DNA of 63,997 bases, filler included, from Octopus bimaculoides (taxonomy: Eukaryota), in NCBI RefSeq assembly GCF_001194135.2. It is 8 parts of 7 records of this genome, joined end to end, with 100 filler letters (N's around TTAATTAATTAA, not from the genome) between each part and the next. Parts side by side here need not be neighbours in the genome. Positions count along the whole stretch, not along the records: positions 53,757 to 58,347 come from NW_026329671.1; positions 58,448 to 62,892 come from NC_068983.1; positions 62,993 to 63,997 come from NC_069009.1; 5 more parts are not named here. One strand, written 5' to 3'. Shown here piece after piece: positions 54,345-63,997 of the stretch. A model generated the notes under the pieces. The model worked only from the letters and a program-made list of their open reading frames with translations. It was not told the origin of the DNA and searched no databases. A program made the position numbers and the translations under genes. The first letter of the stretch is position 1; each line of letters starts with the position of its first letter.

Positions 54345-54412
54345 CTTCTTCTTCTGATTATTATTATTATTATTATTATTATTGTTATTATTATTATTAT
54401 CATCATTATTAA
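54162..54412 (+). repeat. Compound trinucleotide repeat (ATT)n-(CTT)n-(ATT)n
   Basis: Read directly. Confidence 0.95.
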
Positions 54413-55757
54413 TGTCACCATTATTGTGCCCGCATTGTTGCAGCGGTTTTTACTGGAGACAATGAAATGGTTGGGCGGTACCACTGAAGTGGCGGTTGTA
54501 ATGTTTGAAATCATTCTTGTGTTAGTAATCTTGGCATGCAGGTTTTCTTTTCAATGAAAATAACCACACATTTCAAGAATTTCAAGAGGTTAGGTCGAAA
54601 ATTTCATTATATTTAACATCCGATGCGATGGCGACTTGATTGCTACCAGTCTCTTGACTTCCTCTTAAATTGTATTTTTGTACTTTCATTTTTAGTGAGA
54701 AATATTGACTTCCTGCAAAAATATTTGCTGATAAATGCAAATTTAAATTGTATTGAAATTCATTCGTGCATTTTACATGCTCTGTTAATAGGCTGTTTGA
54801 TTTCCCAGTCTCAAGGATTGTCATAAGCGTTAATATGAATTTCAACTACGATAGAATGATTGAATCCAGGAATGATGGCAAACCAAGCTTCTAGTACTGG
54901 GGTCCATAAAGTCGATCAAACCACTCTCTACAAAACTATTAATCTTTTGCTTAAATTAGAAAGTACTTTTATCATCTTTAGAGTATTACTTGTCGTATGA
55001 TGGGTGGCTTTGTAAGTTCCCCTTATGAGCAATATCAGCGAATATGGCGTACATGCAAGCTTTATACTCTCAGTTTTATCAACATTTCTTGATGCTTTTA
55101 CAAAAGGAAGAGATAAATACAAATCTTTGAAAGTAAAATAATTATTAATTAGAACGATACATCAAAAGTAAAAACATGAAAACAAAATTACTTTTCCTTT
55201 TGAATTTATATTATGCCAGTTCACACATAAACAAACGTATAGTAAACCTTCTTTCTTATTTTCCTTCNNNNNNNNNNNNNNNNNNNNNNNNNNNNNNNNN
55301 NNNNNNNNNNNNNNNNNNNNNNNNNNNNNNNNNNNNNNNNNNNNNNNNNNNNNNNNNNNNNNNNNNNNNNNNNNNNNNNNNNNNNNNNNNNNNNNNNNNN
55401 NNNNNNNNNNNNNNNNNNNNNNNNNNNNNNNNNNNNNNNNNNNNNNNNNNNNNNNNNNNNNNNNNNNNNNNNNNNNNNNNNNNNNNNNNNNNNNNNNNNN
55501 NNNNNNNNNNNNNNNNNNNNNNNNNNNNNNNNNNNNNNNNNNNNNNNNNNNNNNNNNNNNNNNNNNNNNNNNNNNNNNNNNNNNNNNNNNNNNNNNNNNN
55601 NNNNNNNNNNNNNNNNNNNNNNNNNNNNNNNNNNNNNNNNNNNNNNNNNNNNNNNNNNNNNNNNNNNNNNNNNNNNNNNNNNNNNNNNNNNNNNNNNNNN
55701 NNNNNNNNNNNNNNNNNNNNNNNNNNNNNNNNNNNNNNNNNNNNNNNNNNNNNNNNN

Positions 55758-55790
<33 letters not shown>

Positions 55791-55793
55791 CCA

Positions 55794-56465
55794 CAAGTTG
55801 TGTCGTCACCATAGTGAAGGAAGGTGCTACTGAGCACCAGCATTGCTAGAAATAAGAGTCAAAACAACTCTTAGCCACGTGAGAGCACTTTATTAACGAC
55901 TGACAAGGCAGACAAGCTCCCTCCCTGTGACAAGCGAGATGGATTCATATTAGCGCTGATTTCAGGTTTGACTAATTTTCATCAGTGACCCAATACTCCG
56001 TCGCCAAATGAGTTGTCTTGACTCTTACTCCTAGCAACGCTGGTGAACACTAGCATCCTCTATCACTTTAGTGACGAATATACTTGTTGCCTTTCGAATG
56101 TAAATTGCGAATAGCCACCTTAATAATTTATAATTCGTACTTCACCATTTTCGAAGTCAGTAAATGTTTCCTATGGTGTTCTCTATAAGGCTGACAGGGT
56201 GAATTAAGTTCTTTAACCCTCGGTGTCGGAGTAGTGGGTCACTGATGAAAATTAGTCAAATCTGAAATCAGCGCTGATATGACTGCATCTTACTTGTCGT
56301 AGCGAGGGAGCTTGTCCTGCTTGTTAGTCGTTAGAAAAATGGTCTCACGTGGCTAACAGTTGTTTTGACTCTTATTTCTAGCACTAACACCATCTGTCAC
56401 TTTAGTGACGACAATACTTGTTGCCTTTCGGTCGTAAATTGCGAATAGACAACCTTGATAATTTT
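55794..56465. mobile_element. Compound palindromic (fold-back/MITE-like) element
   Basis: 55794-56005 and 56222-56420 are ~200-bp inverted arms; 56010-56130 is a direct copy of 56357-56465. Confidence 0.7.
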
Positions 56466-58447
56466 TATATATATNNNNNNNNNNNNNNNNNNNNNNNNNN
56501 NNNNNNNNNNNNNNNNNNNNNNNNNNNNNNNNNNNNNNNNNNNNNNNNNNNNNNNNNNNNNNNNNNNNNNNNNNNNNNNNNNNNNNNNNNNNNNNNNNNN
56601 NNNNNNNNNNNNNNNNNNNNNNNNNNNNNNNNNNNNNNNNNNNNNNNNNNNNNNNNNNNNNNNNNNNNNNNNNNNNNNNNNNNNNNNNNNNNNNNNNNNN
56701 NNNNNNNNNNNNNNNNNNNNNNNNNNNNNNNNNNNNNNNNNNNNNNNNNNNNNNNNNNNNNNNNNNNNNNNNNNNNNNNNNNNNNNNNNNNNNNNNNNNN
56801 NNNNNNNNNNNNNNNNNNNNNNNNNNNNNNNNNNNNNNNNNNNNNNNNNNNNNNNNNNNNNNNNNNNNNNNNNNNNNNNNNNNNNNNNNNNNNNNNNNNN
56901 NNNNNNNNNNNNNNNNNNNNNNNNNNNNNNNNNNNNNNNNNNNNNNNNNNNNNNNNNNNNNNNNNNNNNNNNNNNNNNNNNNNNNNNNNNNNNNNNNNNN
57001 NNNNNNTACACACACATGCACTTACAAAAGACATAGACACATTGAAGGACACGCATCCATAGACACATACAATAGGAATACAAAATACAAAATGGCTGAT
57101 AGTTAGCAAGGTGAGACACACATAAGAAAGAAGGAAACAAAGGACCACTGATGAGGTCACAGAAGTGTGACGAAAGAACTCTGGCCGAAATAAGATTAAG
57201 ATTAATGTAATATAAAGCTGAAGCAAATTAACACCAAATATACAGTGCGTGTGTTTTTATTGGCTAAACTGGCAATATGACCATCCCCAAGTACAACAAC
57301 ATCTGTTTCAACACACGATTTCACATCAAAAATCTTGCAAAACAAATATATATATATATATATATATATAGATAGATAGATAGACGGAGTGAGAGAGATA
57401 AATAGATATACATTCCCTCTCCTCTTTCACCTTTGTCTCAATAATTCTACTTCTTTCCTTGTTTGTGTATAGCGTTCCTATACTCATTGTCTGTCACCAA
57501 ACCTTGTGTGTATACTCGCCATGTAATTTTTATCAGTTCTGTATCTCTTTCTTTACTTCCTCTATCTCCCATTCTCTGCATCCTTTGTAAAACACGTCTA
57601 AGAAAAATCAGCCAAATAACTAACCACTATATACAAATTCATTTTTAATCATTAATTTTAATTTGTTTTACGTAAGAGACAGTTTCTTTCTAGAACGACA
57701 TGGCCTTTCATTTCTCATTTTATTGATGTTTTTGCTTCGATTAGATTTAGAATATTGCTTTCTTCTGAGCGAGCATTAGAAAAACAACTCATATGATTGA
57801 TCCGTACAAAATATATTAATAGTGTAGCATAATGTAAACGACGAACTAATAGATATTACTTCTTACAATTACACAAATATTTTGTTTAAGTTATGAAAAT
57901 AGATTACAAGTTCCCAGACCTGCAAAATTATATGTGTAAGTCTCAAATAAATCTTCTAGGCTTCAGCCAAGATAAGAAGTAAATAAAGTTTGTTATTTAT
58001 CAGAAAGATAAAGTAGAATAACATTGAAATCTCTGTCACATCTTGTAAGCCGTATTCCAATATACTGTCGTATTTTGCATAGCCAGAAGCTACAGGAAAG
58101 CTAAAGTCATTGGTTTACTTCTAAACTACAATTGCTGTTCAGTTGGGGTTAGTGTCGTTCTACTACAATTAATTGAACAATTGATTGAAGATATAAATTG
58201 ACACTAAAATAATGTCCTTTAAATTGTTCGATATTTTGATGGGAATGCAAGGAATTTTCTCGCTGTTTATGACACATACATTTTAGACATAGACCTCTTA
58301 TGTTACGCATCGAATACTATGGTTATACTGAAGTTATACATACATACNNNNNNNNNNNNNNNNNNNNNNNNNNNNNNNNNNNNNNNNNNNNTTAATTAAT
58401 TAANNNNNNNNNNNNNNNNNNNNNNNNNNNNNNNNNNNNNNNNNNNN

Positions 58448-58486
<39 letters not shown>

Positions 58487-59570
58487 ACACACACACAGCA
58501 CAGATACATACACACATACGCACACACACAGATCGAGAGGGAAAGGATGAGAGCAGTGCCATTTTTCTACCACTCTCTCCCCTCTTTGAAGACTGACTAC
58601 ACGAAATTCGTGTAATAAATTTATTCAGTCACAATAAATATATTATACTCTACAAATTTAAAGAATTATACTCTACAAATTATACTCTACAAATTTAAAG
58701 AACCAAGTATGGAGAGCTTTATTTAAATTGTAGTTATTTGTTCCGACGAGCAAACTGTGAGCTTAGGTTTAGAATTTTCAAAAGCTCAACCTTGAAAAAG
58801 GCTCCAAACTCGCTGCACGTTTTAGTCATCTCGGTCCTTCTTCATACAATCATAACTCACCATGTTGTCGGAACATTTCCCACAAGCAATAACCTCTTTT
58901 CAGAACATTCTGTTGTGTAACTTCATCTCCAATAGAAGGCTTCTTTGCTTCCCATAAGCCATATTTTATTACCTTAACTTTTCAATGATATAACAATTAA
59001 ACTAACAAAATGCAAACAATCCTATAAAAATATCAAATTTATTACTTTTCTTTTCAATGCCTGTCGCCTCCCTCTCTCCCATTCACTCTCTTATATAACT
59101 TTATAATTCAATTGAGTATGTGATTAACACAATTTCAGAAATAGGTTCAACAATAACATATCAGAAATCTCACTCAATTGAAATCTAGACCGAGGTTACA
59201 GAAATTAGTAGACATTAACGCAACACTAACCACAGAGGGTTTTTTTATAAAACATAACTCTTCTAATTTCAGTTCCCTCCAATGTCGAAATTTCTTTTTA
59301 TCTTCTAAAAGACAATACGTTCTTTAAGGGGCGCTTTGAGGAATAAAAACATAAGCTCAATCATGATTGGTTTTTGAATACCAAATACCGGGTGCTGTCT
59401 TCTACCATTCCAACATCTTCCTTTCGATTAGGAATAAATCAATCTCCATCCTCCGAAGTACATCTTGGGTGGTTTTGGTGTACACAGATCCTGGGTAAAC
59501 AAATAAACTGACGACGTTACGACGTTAACTTCTCTTATATTTCTTATCACCGTTTTCGATCAAAGTAGCA

Positions 59571-59782
59571 GAGAGCTGGCAGAATTGTTAGCACACCGGG
59601 CAAAATGCTTAGTGGCATTTCGTCCCCCGTCTTTACGTCCTGAGTTCAAATCCCGCCGAGGTTTACTTTGCTTTTCGTCTTTCCAGAGCCAATGAAATAA
59701 GTACCAGTTATGCACTGGGGTCTATACAATCAACTTACCGCCTCCCCGAAATTGCTAACCTTGTGCCAAAATTTGAAACAAT
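59571..59782 (+). mobile_element. SINE family B, near full length
   Basis: gagctggcagaattgttagcacaccgggcaaaatgc...gagttcaaatcccgccgagg...ccttgtgccaaaatttgaaac. Confidence 0.85.
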
Positions 59783-59814
59783 TATTATATAGAATATATG
59801 TGTGTGTACATGTT

Positions 59815-59902
59815 GATAAAATAAATACCAGTTGAACATTGGGGTCGATCTAATCATCCTACACCATTCGCCGAACTTGCTGGCCAAAATTTGAAATCAA
59901 TA
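59815..59902 (+). mobile_element. SINE family B 3' fragment
   Basis: aaataccagttgaacattggggtcgatctaatc...gctggccaaaatttgaaatc. Confidence 0.65.
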
Positions 59903-60102
59903 TTTCTAGTCAAAATATCAGGTATTGGGCTTTGCTTAATCGAACCCTACGCCCCACAATAAGATCTGTTTTAGTTTTATGAAATACTTCGGTAATATTT
60001 GTATTCTAACATATACAGCCGCAGATCTTGGGGTAAAGATAGAATTAGAAAGATATAAGTAAAAAGAGACTGCACCTGAGAATTGAAGCCAGTTTATTAA
60101 GA

Positions 60103-60148
<46 letters not shown>

Positions 60149-60691
60149 NNNNNNNNNNNNNNNNNNNNNNNNNNNNNNNNNNNNNNNNNNNNNNNNNNNN
60201 NNNNNNNNNNNNNNNNNNNNNNNNNNNNNNNNNNNNNNNNNNNNNNNNNNNNNNNNNNNNNNNNNNNNNNNNNNNNNNNNNNNNNNNNNNNNNNNNNNNN
60301 NNNNNNNNNNNNNNNNNNNNNNNNNNNNNNNNNNNNNNNNNNNNNNNNNNNNNNNNNNNNNNNNNNNNNNNNNNNNNNNNNNNNNNNNNNNNNNNNNNNN
60401 NNNNNNNNNNNNNNNNNNNNNNNNNNNNNNNNNNNNNNNNNNNNNNNNNNNNNNNNNNNNNNNNNNNNNNNNNNNNNNNNNNNNNNNNNNNNNNNNNNNN
60501 NNNNNNNNNNNNNNNNNNNNNNNNNNNNNNNNNNNNNNNNNNNNNNNNNNNNNNNNNNNNNNNNNNNNNNNNNNNNNNNNNNNNNNNNNNNNNNNNNNNN
60601 NNNNNNNNNNNNNNNNNNNNNNNNNNNNNNNNNNNNNNNNNNNNNNNNNNNNNNNNNNNNNNNNNNNNNNNNNNNNNNNNNNNNNNNNNNN

Positions 60692-60735
<44 letters not shown>

Positions 60736-60829
60736 CTCCCTCCTCTCTCTTCTTTCCCAAATAACAAAGAAAAAAATTACAATATCACTTCAGAACCTAG
60801 CTGACCCTTCTACCTTAATTCAAACATAA

Positions 60830-61030
60830 TATTGATTTCAAATTTTAGTACAAGGCCAGCAATTTCGGTTGAGAGGCTAAGTCTATTACATCGATCCCAG
60901 TAATCAATTGCTACTTATTTGATCGAACCTGAGAGGGATGGAAGGCAAAGTCGGCCTCGGTGGAATTTGAGCTCGGAACATAAAGACGAACGAAATGCTT
61001 CCAAGCATTTTGTCCGGCATGCTAACGATT
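60830..61030 (-). mobile_element. SINE family B
   Basis: aaattttagtacaaggccagcaatttc...ggaaggcaaagtcggcctcggtggaatttgagctc...gcatgctaacgatt. Confidence 0.8.
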
Positions 61031-62992
61031 TAATTCGACACCTTTTATTCAAGCTATATTTGTTTCAAATATAACAACATTCCTGTAACGCGTAAACAAG
61101 CCTTTCCGTAGTCGTCCAACCTGCTTAAAATAGCATCGAAGCCACCCTCAACTCACATCATACCCTTCCACATAACATCAGTTCCGTAATGCAGTTTTAC
61201 CTAACCCTAAAAAGACTCGTTGATGGAAGCCGTTAATCAGGGGTCTGCTCGACCAGGGTTCATCTGTGAACAAATAACAACAACGTTCAAAGTAAACAAT
61301 GAGAAAATGGATCACCCCTTTTCTTAAGATTAAAACTGCCGTGAATTGTTGTCCAGGAACCAGTAAAAATGGTGTAAAACAATTATTATGGTGGAACAAT
61401 TATTCTGAAGTCTGTCAAATCATCAAAGCTGAACCGCTTCATGACTCTGGAGTGTGTAGTGGGCTGTAAATTATTTTGAATGGATTATCCTAGAATTAAT
61501 ATATCACTGAATTATCCATGCCATGATTAGCCAACTTTAAAAGTAAAACCAATTAATTTGTGACTCAGTTGTTTTAATTCTTTACTTCAACCATGTTTTA
61601 ACGAAGTAATTCAATCATTATTTATTCAGATATTCGCCTCACTTCACCTTTCAATACAAGCTACGTTCTGGAGTTCTTCTTAAACAGGTAGCAATCAATT
61701 CATTAACTCGTTAAAAAGCTAATGCTTTTCAAAAGCCCTTGAACTTTAAGAAACGTTCGCCCGATAACGTGTTAATTAAATAACCAAGGTCTTATATAAT
61801 TTCTTTAACTTTCTTCTTCTCTTCATGCTAATCATGTCACATATTCAGGCCGCCAGCTTCGATGGTATTTTATTTACTCGTATAATAATAGCGATGAGAT
61901 CGCCAGGTGAGAAAGTCCCAAGCCTTTCATGTATTCATCTCATACATGAGACTTAATTATAACAAAACTCTTTCCCACACTCTTGCCAACAATGCAGCTC
62001 GTCGTAATAAGAGTGAAGTAATGATGTCTAACTGGGCAGTCAATTAACTGGAGACTGTCATTAATAGCAGAGACTTTGAGGTTCATCTTCAACTTTACTC
62101 ATTGACCAGTTGGAAGGCTGAAAAGGTGAAAGGTTCAATTTCGCGACACGTTGGGATCAACCACGATACGATTTCAGAATCTAATCGAAACTAATTTAAT
62201 TCAATTATACTAGGCTTGAGAAGTATGTGATTCTAACCCTCTCCATATCTCATTTAACTAAAATATTTGGCCTTTACACCGCCACAAAATTTTAACTAAT
62301 TCAAAATTTTATATATATTTTAATCTTATCTGAATTGAATTTTGACTTTTAATACGTAGGTGCCATTTTTCTTCTTCCCTATATTGCAGCAATATGATTG
62401 GATCGTTGGAACACATGCACTCTCCCCTCTTTCTTTTTTGTCTCTCTCTCCTCTCTTTCTCTTTCTCTCAAATGTGTGTGTGTGTGTGTGTGTGTATTAG
62501 TAGTTATCAATTCCATCGTCGAAAAGAGAATATTCCTTAATCTTTCAACAATGGAACAAGTAACTGCTAATATCTTTTATATTCCTTAATTAATTCTTAC
62601 TCTCTGAGAGTTGAATTTAATTGGAAATCTTTACTCCAAGCGATTTTCACCTTATACACAGCTATTCTAGAAACAGCTGTAAGGGACTTTATGCGCAACT
62701 TCTCAATTCCTTATTTACGACTCTGCGATTATATTTCAGTTGTAAATTATATGCTCTAAAGTGATACTACCGGTTTTGCTTGTTCATTCTCTCTTTCTAA
62801 TGTATGTATGTATGTATGTATGTATGTGTATGTGTGTATGTATGTGTATATATAGTGTGAGTGTATACAGTGTGAGAGGTTTAAGGAGATCGNNNNNNNN
62901 NNNNNNNNNNNNNNNNNNNNNNNNNNNNNNNNNNNNTTAATTAATTAANNNNNNNNNNNNNNNNNNNNNNNNNNNNNNNNNNNNNNNNNNNN

Positions 62993-63028
<36 letters not shown>

Positions 63029-63156
63029 CTCATTATTTTCTCTTCTGCTATCAAGCAATCATCCAAATTTTCCACATATCTTCTCCCAGATTACTTAGAT
63101 CAAGGTTGTTCCCTTCTTTGTTGTTCACTGTAGCAGTAGAGTGTATATAATCCTTT

Positions 63157-63199
<43 letters not shown>

Positions 63200-63361
63200 G
63201 CTTATATATTTCCCAACCTTTACTTCTCTTCCATTCTTCACAAGTTTTCCCCATCATTCAACCCGTTACCCTCAAATAAAATCCTTGTCTTTGTAATCTA
63301 TTGTCTTACACAAATACTTATTCTTCAGTACATTCCACTTAACTTCATACATACATACATG

Positions 63362-63392
<31 letters not shown>

Positions 63393-63943
63393 GCACAGTC
63401 ATATGTATGTGCAGTTGTGTACCTAAGTTCTTCAAGTTTTCTCTCTCTTTCTTTTCCTATGCTTCCATCTATTGATCTATCTATCTTTCTATTGATCTAT
63501 CTATCTATTTTTATACACACACACACAGACACACACTCATACACACATATATATTCTTCACTATATACACCTTACCACTTTCTCACCCATTCTTCTAATC
63601 AAAGTATACATATCATATCTAATCTACATATATCTGTCTTCCTATCTGTCTATCTCTCACTCTCCATAATCCTTTTACACTTTCTTTCTCACTGCTCCTC
63701 CTCTCTCTTTCTCACTTTTCTCTATAGCTTATTCCTCTAACTCATTCACACTGTATCTACCTATATGTCCTTCTCTTACCATCTCTCTTTGTCTTCAACT
63801 CCCTCACTCTCTCCCTTTACATAGACTATCTCTCTTTTTGTTATCTACCAGAAATATTTTTGATTTTCCAAGAAAACAAACAAACTTTAATTATAATGTT
63901 TTACTATTTCCACATTCCCCTAAATCACTGCTTCCTCTTCTAT

Positions 63944-63997
<54 letters not shown>

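Noticed and set aside
58860-58910. Minus-strand exon-like segment with a strong donor (CAACATG|gtgagt) upstream of the NOL4 exon
   Set aside because: No frame resembles the expected NOL4 exon-1 end, and the best acceptor gives the wrong phase.

Overview
AT-rich, microsatellite-dense eukaryotic genomic DNA from a gapped draft assembly. It is very likely Octopus, inferred from the recurring tRNA-derived SINE families, the repeat landscape and the N-gaps. Only one protein-coding exon is well supported: a 474-bp phase 0-0 internal exon on the minus strand (45536-46009) of a NOL4/NOL4L-like gene, carrying an unusual ~100-aa Asn/Ser- and Gly-rich insertion. Everything else appears to be intron or intergenic DNA. 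It is filled with three SINE families, decayed LINEs (Tx1/L1-like, R4/Dong-like REL elements, CR1-like, RTE-like), Penelope-like remnants, palindromic fold-back elements and simple repeats. Nearly all ORFs in the supplied track are microsatellite or N-gap artefacts. No rRNA, true tRNA, CRISPR or prokaryotic features were found. The most notable signals concern RNA structure on the NOL4 sense strand: a 190-bp 98%-identical inverted repeat whose four mismatches would all be A-C, a near-complete Penelope-type hammerhead ribozyme motif, and several other fold-back elements. All family assignments come from recalled motifs, not database searches.
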